A stretch of 64,000 bases of DNA from an uncultured bacterium (GTDB taxonomy: Bacteria; Fidelibacterota; Marinisomatia; Marinisomatales; JACNKV01): the NCBI GenBank assembly GCA_964422145.1, contig CAYQZV010000009.1, positions 6,264-70,263 on the forward strand, written 5' to 3'. How positions within the stretch are numbered: the first letter of the stretch is position 1; each line of letters opens with the position of its first letter. A program made the translations under genes and the position numbers. This document shows, one piece after another, positions 31,201 to 40,609 of this stretch. The notes under the pieces were generated by a model. It searched no databases, was not told the DNA's origin, and saw only the letters and a list, made by a program, of their open reading frames with translations.

Positions 31201-31994
31201 AGTCATCAGTTGGTAGTGAAGTCTCTAAATCTGAAAATGCGATCATCATGAATTATCAGGTTCAGTTCCCGATCGAGGGAGATTTTACATTATTAAACAA
31301 CCAGATCGATGCGACATTCGGCGGAGAAGTCAGTATTTCACAGATAGGATACTCACCGGCAGATTTTTCGGGAGAGGTGTTTGTCAAAGAAGGGAAGTTT
31401 TACTATTCCAGTGATATCTTCAATATCACAGAAGGATTTTTATCCTTTGGTAAAAAAGGATTCAACCCCTATATGGATATAACAGCCAGCACCTTCATTG
31501 ACAATGAAGAGATCACCATTGCATTTATCGGTTTGCTTGAGAACCCAAAATTGATCCTTACGTCTGAAAGTGGTTTCTCTCAGTCGGATATTTTAGAGCT
31601 GTTAACATGGGGGAAACGGTTTGAAGATCAGGAGTTTTCATCCACCGGATTTGGAACCCAGGCCATTGCCAAGATTGAAAGCTGGTTTGAACAACAACTG
31701 GATAGGAAATTAATGCAAATTAGCGGGTTGGACAATTTAGGGATTTTAGATAAAGTGAGTATAACTGGAACAGGAGCTTTGATCAACCCGTCTAATGGAG
31801 AAGAGTTTACCATCAAAGCCGGACTGTCAGATAATATTTCGCTGAACTATGCCTATAAACGATCGTTCTCGTTGACCAATCCAAGCCATGCGGTGGGAAT
31901 GGAATATAAAATGAATCGATATATTTCTATCATTGGAAATATTGATGAACAGGGGAAAGTGCATGCAAAATACAAGCTTCGCTATTCGTATTAA
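28221..31994 (+). CDS. tamB: translocation and assembly module protein TamB-like (AsmA/DUF490 family)
   Basis: N-terminal signal-anchor helix, ~1250 aa predicted to be beta-rich, and a C-terminal DUF490-like end ...AVGMEYKMNRYISIIGNIDEQGKVHAKYKLRYSY. It is followed by an Omp85 gene. Confidence 0.75.
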   Translation: MKRTIQIIFAISLIIIIGGVAALNTSIWKDQIESYINRELMSDSEWTISIGSLNGNLLFEVTGTDIKVLNNKNEVFVKLPVLSFDLDILSFMSDSPKLKFIEANDFLVSIEKGEKSDVSIQSNEDMVNIPFQVERLNLSGRLHIPMIDPNIEIKTELTGSILKENGKTEWNIRDFVLTDNDSLVCLSFEKLSVEIDSTMIVAYPLIGEVSSIPIDGKIVYSPLQDEKLRGIISFKDYTIPENLYTKIPLKHKFSKISGEVSVVTDFQSLNGNLILENELGLNMSGDFSLTQDKDHVLLNHLNLQDDDTQLSIGGLVERSGRITGRTELSDFDISQWLVDQRKTNLNGVLLLNGNTDQGQITDITMTVEVIESMLYSKDAISLSGSVSYHDSVLTFLDPLFVGVGPSSIQVQGKADLQSNDIDVSLDLDQAGVFLINNFWADTLKQGTATGSLKIQGSLTQPEIRGEVNCENVIYKDFYLGSALLNLNINNGFDVTDGFVHLQFEEGIWYRKEKEYHWDHGTLDASFYPDKIDMENLHIFSGDNFIQLSADLKRNNSATINRIQILYDQHYLINPKPLDITYGKQKINLKQFLLHIDDGIVEGYFSKGEEIDALIKLSNIDAGIVSYLTDDARMKMNGTAFGECSMKISDQVTGIAVDLTIKEGEFANQPFNDMILSFFIHDGILSIENISLTNRGLTGAQISGMIPLKDTAVKIPFNLESSFHNLNIEVFTQFIPNWFQLGGQISGNYNLSGNSNQTKFDFEVEIENAKFDRIPLGFVTGNGFYDGTFLNFASFSSEFGEKHLEGSASLPIDFNIGSDRFGRALMKDPVQVDVKGEGDELWFMDPYISILDSTKTDFDMVLQIFGTWENLIRDGSVVINGGTIHTSLLEDPIYNISGSGTWENNQLIIPEIKGLLKETKTNKQNFAVSGQLDMSKFFRPDYDLNVTGKSIYFSAITEELSGTVNVDVQIAGKDTITIEGTIPVIDVEMYKEFTESSVGSEVSKSENAIIMNYQVQFPIEGDFTLLNNQIDATFGGEVSISQIGYSPADFSGEVFVKEGKFYYSSDIFNITEGFLSFGKKGFNPYMDITASTFIDNEEITIAFIGLLENPKLILTSESGFSQSDILELLTWGKRFEDQEFSSTGFGTQAIAKIESWFEQQLDRKLMQISGLDNLGILDKVSITGTGALINPSNGEEFTIKAGLSDNISLNYAYKRSFSLTNPSHAVGMEYKMNRYISIIGNIDEQGKVHAKYKLRYSY

Positions 31995-32079
31995 ATTACG
32001 TTCGAAATATACTATTTAGATTATACCTTCTCAATTACGTATTTTTGCTGGCTTAATTAGATCAATAATCACTAAAAAA

Positions 32080-33876
32080 ATGTCCAAACGAATTATTGCT
32101 GTATTAGCCCTACCGATCCTTTTGCTTGCTTTGCCAAGTAAAAAACTGTTCGTTGAATCTATAAATGTCCGCGGGGAAAAAGCTCTTTCTGAAAGACATA
32201 TCTTATCCACACTAAGGACTAAGAATCCGAATTTATTATCTAGAAAAATTGAATTTGATCATCGAAAGCTCCGATTGGATGCCATCAGTGTAAAAAACCT
32301 ATATCTTTCAAAAGGATATTTAAATGTTACTGTTGAAGATTCAATTGTAAAAAATAAAGATAAAGTAGAAATATATTTATTGGTGTGTGAGGGAAAGCAA
32401 TTTTATGTCAGGAATGTTGACATTACAGGTCATACAAAGATAAAAAAGAAGAAAATTCAATCTATCTTAGGTTTGTGGGAAAAGAAACCGTATGACCCGA
32501 TTACAGCCAATTTGAATCTTACCCAGCTCCAGGCTGAATATCATCGTTACGGGAAACTTCGTTCCTCATTTCAATTGTTAGATGCGGTAGATGACTCCGT
32601 GGATGTGTTAGTTCAGATTAACGAAGGACCGGATGTCTTTATCCAATCATACACGATTGACGGAACCGGTGATCTCGGGACGTATATTGTAGAACGTGAG
32701 ATCATGTTTAAGATCGGAGACAAATATAACAAAGACGATATGGATCTCACCCAAAGATATTTGTTGGAAAACGGTGTGTTTTCTTATGCAACATTAACGC
32801 CCGTAGCCGTCGGACACACTGACTCATTAGTGAATATCATCGTCGAAGTTCATCCGTTTAAACCGAGTGAGTTTGTTTCAGAAGGAGGGTATTACCCGAT
32901 CGAATATTATGAAGGAGCTGAACCGCTTCCGGGATTTGGTGTCGAACTCGGATGGAAAAACCGAAGTTTATTTAAAACGACAACCAGTTTTTCAACTAAG
33001 ATCAATGCCCAGGGACTTCCTGCAGAGGATTATATTTATCCAAAAATGCAATTACGGATGGGCTTTGCAAATCAGTGGTTTCTTTATCGGAGACTCCCCA
33101 CTCAGTTTTCAATTTTCTACGAAACCTTCAAACATTACATCCAAAAAGATGACCCGGAAGTGATGAGATTCGGTTTGAATTTTTCATCTCTGAAAAAGTT
33201 TAATGAGCAGTCGTATGTTGAAATAGGTTTGCAATGGGAAAATTTTGTTGAGCCTGAAGGACTGAGCCAGAATATTCAGCAGCGGTCATTCCAAATCGCC
33301 AGCCGATTGGATTGGACCGATGACCCATTATATCCCAAAAAGGGCATTGTCCTTACCGGTGAAGGAAAGAATGTTGGCGGAGTGTTAGGCGGAAACAGAA
33401 GTTTCATTAAAACGGATATGGGGATTCAGGGATATCTTCCGGTCTTTAAAGATATTGTGATCGCAGGTCGGATGAAATACGGGGTTATTTTTGACTGGGA
33501 TGAATCCGATGAAGTTGGTTTATATGACAAATTTTACCTCGGCGGAAGCTCGAGTATGCGTGGTTGGGATATGCTGAAGTTTCGCACCGATGAGGATGGA
33601 AATCCTGTGGGGGATTTGCAGAGAGCATTGACCAATATTGAATTACGGTTCCCGCTGTTTTGGATTTTGGGTGGAGAATTATTTATGGATGGAGGACAAC
33701 TCTCTGGATTGAGTACACCTGTATCAATCTCTGAGCTGGAGTGGAATGCCGGGTTTGGTATAGCACTGATCACGCCGATTCTTCCGTTTCGTGCAGATTT
33801 TTCATATCCACTGAATAAATCCCCAAAATATTTATCTTCCTGGAAAATACAGTTAGGTGTTCAATATATTTTCTAA
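32080..33876 (+). CDS. Omp85-family outer membrane protein (TamA/BamA-like, POTRA repeats plus beta-barrel)
   Basis: Signal peptide, POTRA-like repeats (VRGEKALSERHILSTL..., ITGHTKIKKKKIQSIL...), the bacterial surface antigen barrel motif YLGGSSSMRGW, and a terminal aromatic ...GVQYIF. Confidence 0.8.
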   Translation: MSKRIIAVLALPILLLALPSKKLFVESINVRGEKALSERHILSTLRTKNPNLLSRKIEFDHRKLRLDAISVKNLYLSKGYLNVTVEDSIVKNKDKVEIYLLVCEGKQFYVRNVDITGHTKIKKKKIQSILGLWEKKPYDPITANLNLTQLQAEYHRYGKLRSSFQLLDAVDDSVDVLVQINEGPDVFIQSYTIDGTGDLGTYIVEREIMFKIGDKYNKDDMDLTQRYLLENGVFSYATLTPVAVGHTDSLVNIIVEVHPFKPSEFVSEGGYYPIEYYEGAEPLPGFGVELGWKNRSLFKTTTSFSTKINAQGLPAEDYIYPKMQLRMGFANQWFLYRRLPTQFSIFYETFKHYIQKDDPEVMRFGLNFSSLKKFNEQSYVEIGLQWENFVEPEGLSQNIQQRSFQIASRLDWTDDPLYPKKGIVLTGEGKNVGGVLGGNRSFIKTDMGIQGYLPVFKDIVIAGRMKYGVIFDWDESDEVGLYDKFYLGGSSSMRGWDMLKFRTDEDGNPVGDLQRALTNIELRFPLFWILGGELFMDGGQLSGLSTPVSISELEWNAGFGIALITPILPFRADFSYPLNKSPKYLSSWKIQLGVQYIF

Positions 33877-34017
33877 CTGCCCTAAGGAACAATTACAGGT
33901 CTGCCTTGTATCAAATGTAAATTATTTAGTGGGCAGATCGATTAGTTATTACTTGGAAGAACTATTTAGCTTCACATAAATTTCACGGCTTTTATTAATT
34001 AATATTGAAATAATATC

Positions 34018-34752
34018 ATGAAAAAATATATACTGTTCATTATGGTCATCTCGCTGGTTTTCACTGGATGTGGGAAATCACCGGAACAATTGTTTAATTC
34101 CGGGATGGAAAAGACAAAAAGCGGAAACTACGAAGAAGCCATACAAATATTTCAGACGATCATCGAAAATAACGATGGTGATCCTATTTCGGTTAAATCC
34201 CGATATTCTATCGCTAGAATTTACTTGGATCATTTAAATGATTATCCTGCCGGATATAATGAACTGGAGAAAGTCACAGCTGCATCTGATGACAATGAAT
34301 TAAAGAAAATAGCCGGGAATGAATTAACTAATTTTCCTCGATGGCTGATGAATAAAGCTGAAGTCTCACGGGAGAACAGCAACATGAAAAACGCCGTCAC
34401 GATTTTAAACTATTTAGCCGGAAGTTTTTCTTCGAATGAACTAGCACCGAAAGCTCAATATCTGATTGGAGATATTTATAACAATGATCTGAGAGATTTT
34501 GATCAGGCAATCCTTTCCTATCGCCAAGTGATTTCAAAGTTTTCCGGTTCATCTCAAGAGCCGCATGCACAATTTATGGTCGCATATATTTACGCAAACT
34601 ATTTAAATAAAGTTGAAAATGCACGGAAAGAATATCAAGTGTTCTTAGATAATTATCCGGGACATGAATTAACGCCATCCGTCAAATTTGAGATGGAGTT
34701 TTTAGGCATTGATATCAATGACATTCCAACCTTGCAACGTATAACTTCTTAA
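34018..34752 (+). CDS. TPR-repeat lipoprotein
   Basis: Lipobox LVFTGCG after a signal peptide, with repeated TPR-like helices (GNYEEAIQIFQTII, AQYLIGDIYNN, AQFMVAYIYANY). Confidence 0.65.
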   Translation: MKKYILFIMVISLVFTGCGKSPEQLFNSGMEKTKSGNYEEAIQIFQTIIENNDGDPISVKSRYSIARIYLDHLNDYPAGYNELEKVTAASDDNELKKIAGNELTNFPRWLMNKAEVSRENSNMKNAVTILNYLAGSFSSNELAPKAQYLIGDIYNNDLRDFDQAILSYRQVISKFSGSSQEPHAQFMVAYIYANYLNKVENARKEYQVFLDNYPGHELTPSVKFEMEFLGIDINDIPTLQRITS

Positions 34753-34759
34753 CGGGCTT

Positions 34760-35755
34760 ATGACAGAATTCAGTTTAACAGAGATCAATAATAGTATTGC
34801 TAAAGATTCATTATTCCTAAATGAGCTCAAACAGGGAATAAAAGAAATTATTGTTGGTCAGGATGATTTGATTGACAAAATTTTGATAAGTTTATTAGCC
34901 AATGGACATATTCTGTTAGAGGGTGTTCCGGGTTTGGCGAAAACGCTGACAATCAAAACGATCGCCCAATTAATCGATACTAAATTCCAGCGGATTCAAT
35001 TCACACCGGATATGCTGCCGGCGGATCTGCTTGGGACATTAATTTTTAATCAGAAAAAAGGAAGTTTCGAGACAAGAAAAGGGCCGATCTTTGCGAATAT
35101 TATCCTTGCAGACGAAATAAATCGTGCACCTTCTAAAGTTCAGAGTGCGCTGCTTGAAGTGATGCAGGAAAGACAGATTACCATCGGTGAAGATACGTTT
35201 TCGTTGGAACTGCCTTTTTTAGTTTTTGCGACTCAAAACCCGATTGAACAGGAAGGAACCTATCCGCTGCCTGAAGCCCAGGTGGATCGATTTATGTTCA
35301 AACTGAAAGTGGATTATCCAACGAAAGATGAAGAGAAAATGATCCTGAAACGTGCGGTTTGGGCTGAATCCTTTGGAGAGGTGAAACCGGTAATCAAGCC
35401 GGATGTTATTCTTCAAGCTCAAAAAACGGTTCATGATATTTACGTCGATGAAAAAGTCGAAGAATACATCCTTAATTTGGTATTTGCCACGCGTAACCCC
35501 AAGGATTACAATCTCCCCGATCTCGATGGTTTAATCGAGTTCGGTGCTTCTCCCCGCGCCAGCATAAATTTGGTGTTGGCATCAAAAGCAAGGGCATTTC
35601 TTAAAGGCAGAGGATATGTGACACCTGAAGATGTACGGTTTATCGGTGCTGATGTGTTACGCCATCGGATCATTTTAAGCTATGAAGCTGAAGCAGAAGA
35701 ACTCACCTCCGAAGACATTATTGCACGACTTTTCGACACCGTTGAAATTCCCTGA
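34760..35755 (+). CDS. MoxR-family AAA+ ATPase
   Basis: Walker A GVPGLAKT, Walker B ILADEINRA and a MoxR-type C-terminal lid. 331 aa. Confidence 0.9.
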   Translation: MTEFSLTEINNSIAKDSLFLNELKQGIKEIIVGQDDLIDKILISLLANGHILLEGVPGLAKTLTIKTIAQLIDTKFQRIQFTPDMLPADLLGTLIFNQKKGSFETRKGPIFANIILADEINRAPSKVQSALLEVMQERQITIGEDTFSLELPFLVFATQNPIEQEGTYPLPEAQVDRFMFKLKVDYPTKDEEKMILKRAVWAESFGEVKPVIKPDVILQAQKTVHDIYVDEKVEEYILNLVFATRNPKDYNLPDLDGLIEFGASPRASINLVLASKARAFLKGRGYVTPEDVRFIGADVLRHRIILSYEAEAEELTSEDIIARLFDTVEIP

Positions 35756-35821
35756 TCGTCAACACGCAAACGTGTGAGATCATTGAATGGCATTCACCTT
35801 ATGCGATTCACGTATTAACCC

Positions 35822-36697
35822 ATGATCCCGAAAGAAATCCTAAAAAAAGTCCGACGGATTGAAATCCGAACACGAGGACTCGTCAACGATCTGTTCGGCG
35901 GTGAATATCATTCAGTTTTTAAAGGGCGCGGAATGACATTTTCAGAAGTTCGGGAATATCAACCCGGAGATGATATCCGATTAATTGATTGGAATGTCAC
36001 TGCGCGAAATGGTGATCCGTATGTTAAAGTTTTTGAGGAAGAACGAGAATTAACTGTTTATCTTCTGATCGATGTCAGTCGATCGGGACATTTTGGTTCC
36101 ATCGATAAATTCAAAACCGAAATTGGTGTAGAGATCGCTTCGGTTCTCGGATTTTCAGCGATTAAAAACAATGATAAAGTCGGTGTGATTTTATTCAGTG
36201 ATGATGTTGAAAAGTACATTGCCCCCAAAAAAGGGAAATCGCATGTCCTTCGTGTAATCAGAGAGCTGCTTTATTACAAACCCCAAGGACGAAATACATC
36301 CATCCAGACGGCATTGGAGTTTTTGCTGAAGGTTGCAAAGCGAAGAAGTGTTGTGTTCCTCATCTCTGACTTTTTAGATAAAGATTATTGGAAAACACTG
36401 CGAATGGCAAATCGAAAACACGATTTGATCGGAATTCAGCTTTATGATCCGGCAGAGATAAAAATTCCTGATGTCGGGTTGATAAAAGTCCATGATCCGG
36501 AAACTGAAGAAGAATTTTGGATTGATACCAATTCAGTTGAGCATCGAGAGGCGTTTGAAAAACAAATGGAGTTAAACTCATCTCAGTTGAAAAAAGAAAG
36601 TGAAAAAATCCGGTTTGATCTCGTCCCGATCTCAACAGATGAGGATTATGTTGAACCTCTAATGAAATATTTCAAAACACGTGAAAAGCGCTATTAG
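35822..36697 (+). CDS. DUF58 domain protein (vWA-like partner of MoxR)
   Basis: GEYHSVFKGRGMTFSEVREYQPGDDIRLIDWNVTAR is the DUF58 signature. It sits immediately after the MoxR ATPase. Confidence 0.85.
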   Translation: MIPKEILKKVRRIEIRTRGLVNDLFGGEYHSVFKGRGMTFSEVREYQPGDDIRLIDWNVTARNGDPYVKVFEEERELTVYLLIDVSRSGHFGSIDKFKTEIGVEIASVLGFSAIKNNDKVGVILFSDDVEKYIAPKKGKSHVLRVIRELLYYKPQGRNTSIQTALEFLLKVAKRRSVVFLISDFLDKDYWKTLRMANRKHDLIGIQLYDPAEIKIPDVGLIKVHDPETEEEFWIDTNSVEHREAFEKQMELNSSQLKKESEKIRFDLVPISTDEDYVEPLMKYFKTREKRY

Positions 36698-36701
36698 TTT
36701 C

Positions 36702-37610
36702 ATGTATCAATCTCGTTTCTTCATCTTGATGCTAATTGCTCTTGGGATCGGTCTCTCCGGATGTGGTGAGAATAAGATATCTGACGATCCATCCGTTTCA
36801 GTGACAGCTGAACTAGATACGACATCTGCCACAATAGGGGATATCATTTTATATTCAGTCACGGTAGAAAATCCCGGGGACTATATGATTAATTTTCCTG
36901 CGATATCCGATTCAGCAGATTTTGAAGTTAGAGAGAAGAGTGTTACTCAATCTGAATTAACACCATCGGTAGAATTTCAGATCGTTCCCTGGGATACGGG
37001 TATATTCACAATCCCGGAGTATTCAGTACTGTTCCTTCATTCGGACAGTTCCCTTGCTTTCAGCATGAGTACAAATGAACTGAAATTGATTGTGAATTCA
37101 GTATTAGATCAGGAAAATCCGGGTGAACTCCATCCGTTGAAAGAACCTGTCCCGGTTTCACCGCCGATTCCGTGGCGATTCATCTTTCTGATTTCAGCAT
37201 TCCTAATTTTATTGATTTCCGCTATTTGGTTATGGAAGCAGCGGATTCCTCCGGTCATCATTCCGCCGCAAGTGTATGATCCGACCGTACCGCCGTCAGC
37301 GATCGCGCTAGAAAAACTGGCGTCTCTTGATACAAACGGAGACAGTAAAACATTTTACGTCGGATTATCCTATGCACTTCGAGAGTTCGTGGAAAACAGT
37401 TTATACATCAAAGCACTGGAAATGACCACAAAAGAGCTGTCAGAATATCGCCAATGGATTCATCTGTCTGGTGATTTATTTGATTCTTGGATTGACATCT
37501 TGTCCCGTGCAGATATGGTAAAATATGCCAAAGGGGAAAGTCTCCCCAAGCAAAAACAGCTTGATTTGGACTGGGGCAAACAATTTGTTCAACAGGCTTT
37601 TGAAGAATAA
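36702..37610 (+). CDS. membrane lipoprotein with a BatD-like N-terminal domain and a DUF4381-like C-terminal region
   Basis: Lipobox GLSGCG, a periplasmic beta-rich segment, a central TM helix (WRFIFLISAFLILLISAIWLW) and a helical C-terminus. It occupies the third position of a Bat-type operon. ATG 36702 is preferred over GTG 36681. Confidence 0.5.
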   Translation: MYQSRFFILMLIALGIGLSGCGENKISDDPSVSVTAELDTTSATIGDIILYSVTVENPGDYMINFPAISDSADFEVREKSVTQSELTPSVEFQIVPWDTGIFTIPEYSVLFLHSDSSLAFSMSTNELKLIVNSVLDQENPGELHPLKEPVPVSPPIPWRFIFLISAFLILLISAIWLWKQRIPPVIIPPQVYDPTVPPSAIALEKLASLDTNGDSKTFYVGLSYALREFVENSLYIKALEMTTKELSEYRQWIHLSGDLFDSWIDILSRADMVKYAKGESLPKQKQLDLDWGKQFVQQAFEE

Positions 37611-37683
37611 CCCTGTTTAATTTATCCCATTTTTACCTTTGAGTAACGGGCTTTAGAAAAAATAAAGTTGACTCATTCATAAA

Positions 37684-37714
37684 TTTGAACTCATCCTATC
37701 CTTTGCTAAATTTG
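37684..37714 (+). promoter_or_regulatory. candidate Bacteroidetes-type promoter (-33 TTTG, N19, -7 TAAATTTG) for efp-accB-accC
   Basis: TTTG at 37684-37687, an exactly 19-nt spacer, then TAAATTTG at 37707-37714, ending 23 nt upstream of the efp ATG. This matches the published TTTG/TAnnTTTG consensus. Confidence 0.45.
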
Positions 37715-37737
37715 AAAGCTAAAAAAGAAGGAAAAAT

Positions 37738-38301
37738 ATGGCAACAACAGCAGATATACGAAATGGAGCTGTTATTCTCCACAAGAATAAACGAATGAAA
37801 GTCGTTGAGTTTCAGCATGTCAAACCCGGAAAGGGCGGGGCATTTGTTCGAACGAAGCTGAAAGATATCCAAAGCGGGAAGATCATCGATGAAACCTTTA
37901 ATGCAGGTGCCCGAATTGAATATGTCCGGGTCGAAGCAAAATCAATGCAATATTTGTACAAGGATGATGATGTTTTCATTTTTATGGATAATGATACGTA
38001 CGAACAGATTAATGTGATGGAATCCGTTGTTGGTGATTCACAGAACTTTCTTATAGGTGGAATGAAAGCCGATCTTTTGTTTGACGGATCAGAAATCCTT
38101 GATGTTCGTATTGCTCCTCATGTCAACCTGGAAGTCACTGAGACCGAACCGGGACTGAAAGGGAACACAGCCACCGGTGCCACAAAACCCGCGACGGTTG
38201 AAACAGGATTCACACTGAACGTCCCGTTGTTTATAGAAATCGGAGATGTTTTAAGAATCGACACACGGACCGGAGCGTATATCGAACGGACAAAAATCTA
38301 A
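37738..38301 (+). CDS. efp: elongation factor P
   Basis: 187 aa, with [15 protein letters not shown] loop and OB domains. The efp-accB-accC order is conserved. Confidence 0.95.
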   Translation: MATTADIRNGAVILHKNKRMKVVEFQHVKPGKGGAFVRTKLKDIQSGKIIDETFNAGARIEYVRVEAKSMQYLYKDDDVFIFMDNDTYEQINVMESVVGDSQNFLIGGMKADLLFDGSEILDVRIAPHVNLEVTETEPGLKGNTATGATKPATVETGFTLNVPLFIEIGDVLRIDTRTGAYIERTKI

Positions 38302-38314
38302 CTTTGGAGGTCCT

Positions 38315-38773
38315 ATGTGGCAAGATAAAGTCAAAGAAATTATTTATCTCCTTGAAAACAGTGATGTAAACGAAATCGAAGTTCGGTTTTGGGGGCGGCA
38401 TTTCCGTGTTGTCAAATCTTCTCCGGTTATCGTCGGAGAAACAAAATCTACACCTGCTTCGACGGCTGTTCCGGCTACAGAATCGGTTCAACCTGCTGAT
38501 GTTGTCAAAGAAGACGATGTTTCATCTCAATCAAGTGTAGAAGTACTGTCTCCGATGCCTGGGACATTTTATACATCACCGTCTCCTGATGCAGATGCCT
38601 TTATTAAAGAAGGCGATCAAGTGATAAAAGGAGATACGCTGTGTATCATAGAAGCCATGAAGATCATGAATGAAATAGAAGCTGAAACGAACGGGGTGAT
38701 AAAAAAAATATTAATCAAGGACGGATCCCCCATTGAATATAATCAGCTTCTCTTTCTTATTGACCCATCATAA
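38315..38773 (+). CDS. accB: acetyl-CoA carboxylase biotin carboxyl carrier protein
   Basis: C-terminal biotinyl domain with the [11 protein letters not shown] motif. Confidence 0.95.
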   Translation: MWQDKVKEIIYLLENSDVNEIEVRFWGRHFRVVKSSPVIVGETKSTPASTAVPATESVQPADVVKEDDVSSQSSVEVLSPMPGTFYTSPSPDADAFIKEGDQVIKGDTLCIIEAMKIMNEIEAETNGVIKKILIKDGSPIEYNQLLFLIDPS

Positions 38774-38797
38774 TTATTTACCTGAAGACATAATTTC

Positions 38798-40156
38798 ATG
38801 TTTAAAAAAGTATTAATTGCAAACCGAGGAGAAATTGCACTCAGAATTATCCGTGCCTGCCATGAGTTAGGCATCAAAACAGTTGCGGTCTATTCTACCG
38901 CGGACGAATACTCTCTCCACGTCAAGTTTGCTGATGAAGCTGTCTGCATCGGACCTGGTCCAAGCAAAGACAGCTATTTGAATATCCCAAGGATTATAGC
39001 CGCAGGAGAGATTACGAATGCTGACGCGATTCATCCCGGATATGGATTTTTAGCCGAAAGTGCTGAATTTTCCCGAATCTGTACCGAAAATGATTTCGCC
39101 TTTATCGGTCCGTCACCGGAGATTATTGATGCAATGGGGAATAAAGCCCAAGCCAAAGAAACGATGAAAAATGCCGGGGTTCCTGTGATTCCGGGGAGTG
39201 ACGGAATTCTTTCCGGTTTTGAAGAAGCTCTTGCCCTAGCCGATAAAGCAGGATATCCTGTAATGTTAAAAGCGTCTGCGGGGGGCGGAGGTCGTGGAAT
39301 GCGTTTGGTGAAAAGTCCGAATGAAATTGAATCAGCATATAAAACCGCAAGTACGGAAGCGCTGACCGCTTTCGGAAACGGGGATATGTATTTGGAGAAA
39401 TTTGTTGAGAATCCGCGACATATCGAAGTACAAGTTTTAGCAGATGCATACGGTAATGCAACCCATTTAGGTGAACGTGAATGTTCCATCCAGCGACGGC
39501 ATCAAAAACTGGTTGAAGAATCTCCATCGGCCGTTGTGGATGAGGAATTACGCGCAAAGATGGGAAAAGCAGCCGTTGACGGTGCGAAAAGCTGCGGATA
39601 TGTCGGTGTGGGGACTGTCGAATTTTTACTCGATAAAAACAAAGATTTCTATTTCATGGAAATGAACACACGGATCCAGGTAGAACATCCGATCACGGAA
39701 ATGGTTTCGGGTGCGGATTTGATCAAACAACAAATTAGGATGCATGCCGGAGAAAGATATCCCTTTTATATAGAAAATATGAAATTGCGGGGTCATTCAA
39801 TTGAATGCCGAATTAATGCTGAGGACCCGGATAAGAACTTTATGCCTTCTCCTCAAAAAATCACCAGTTTCCACATGCCCGGAGGTAAAGGCGTTCGAGT
39901 AGATACACATTCCTATGCAGGCTATCAAATCCCGACATATTACGATTCAATGATTGGGAAATTGATCGTCCATGCCAGTACGCGTAAACGAGCTATAAAT
40001 CGAATGCAGAGAGCGTTGGAAGAGTCTATCATTGAAGGACCAAAGACGACGATACCGTTCCATCAAGCGATCATGGTAGATGAAAAATTTATTTCCGGAG
40101 AATTTGATACCAGTTTCTTAGAAACATTTGATTACTCTTCCGAAAAAGATGAGTAA
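38798..40156 (+). CDS. accC: acetyl-CoA carboxylase biotin carboxylase subunit
   Basis: ATP-grasp enzyme: [25 protein letters not shown] and [11 protein letters not shown]. 452 aa. Confidence 0.97.
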   Translation: MFKKVLIANRGEIALRIIRACHELGIKTVAVYSTADEYSLHVKFADEAVCIGPGPSKDSYLNIPRIIAAGEITNADAIHPGYGFLAESAEFSRICTENDFAFIGPSPEIIDAMGNKAQAKETMKNAGVPVIPGSDGILSGFEEALALADKAGYPVMLKASAGGGGRGMRLVKSPNEIESAYKTASTEALTAFGNGDMYLEKFVENPRHIEVQVLADAYGNATHLGERECSIQRRHQKLVEESPSAVVDEELRAKMGKAAVDGAKSCGYVGVGTVEFLLDKNKDFYFMEMNTRIQVEHPITEMVSGADLIKQQIRMHAGERYPFYIENMKLRGHSIECRINAEDPDKNFMPSPQKITSFHMPGGKGVRVDTHSYAGYQIPTYYDSMIGKLIVHASTRKRAINRMQRALEESIIEGPKTTIPFHQAIMVDEKFISGEFDTSFLETFDYSSEKDE

Positions 40157-40225
40157 TGATGCACACCATTTTCTCAATGAACTCGTACAATCCCTGTACA
40201 GAATTTTCACCATTTTAATAAGGAT

Positions 40226-40609
40226 ATGAATATGAATTGCCCGGATAACTTACTCTATACCTCTGACCACGAATGGATTAAAGTTGATGGCAATATTGCT
40301 ACAATCGGTATTACCGATTTTGCTCAAGGCGAATTAGGCGATATTATTTTTGTTGAATTCCCCGAGGTGGATGATCAATTTGATAAAGAAGATGTCCTCG
40401 GATCAATTGAAGCGGTTAAAACAGTCGCAGACTTTTTTGTTCCGCTTACCGGTAAAGTGGCAGAGATCAACTCCGCATTGGAAGACAACCCGGAATTAGT
40501 TAACCAAGATCCGTACGGTGATGGTTGGCTCATCAAATTAGATATTGAAGACTCGGAAGAACTGTCAGACCTTTTGTCCCCTGAAGCTTATGGTGAATTG
40601 ATTGTCTAA
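40226..40609 (+). CDS. gcvH: glycine cleavage system protein H (lipoyl carrier)
   Basis: YTSDHEWIK...GITDFAQGELGDI and the lipoyl-lysine motif SIEAVKTVADF. 127 aa. Confidence 0.9.
   Translation: MNMNCPDNLLYTSDHEWIKVDGNIATIGITDFAQGELGDIIFVEFPEVDDQFDKEDVLGSIEAVKTVADFFVPLTGKVAEINSALEDNPELVNQDPYGDGWLIKLDIEDSEELSDLLSPEAYGELIV

Noticed and set aside
39031-39557. Two overlapping antisense ORFs (152 and 144 aa) inside accC
   Set aside because: They are mirror-frame ORFs within a strongly conserved gene. I recognise no motifs and see no ribosome-binding sites.
40157-40225. Glycine riboswitch upstream of gcvH
   Set aside because: The spacer is only 69 nt, too short for even a single glycine aptamer, and no conserved aptamer core is recognisable. 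The only feature is a 9-nt direct repeat CACCATTTT (40164 and 40208).
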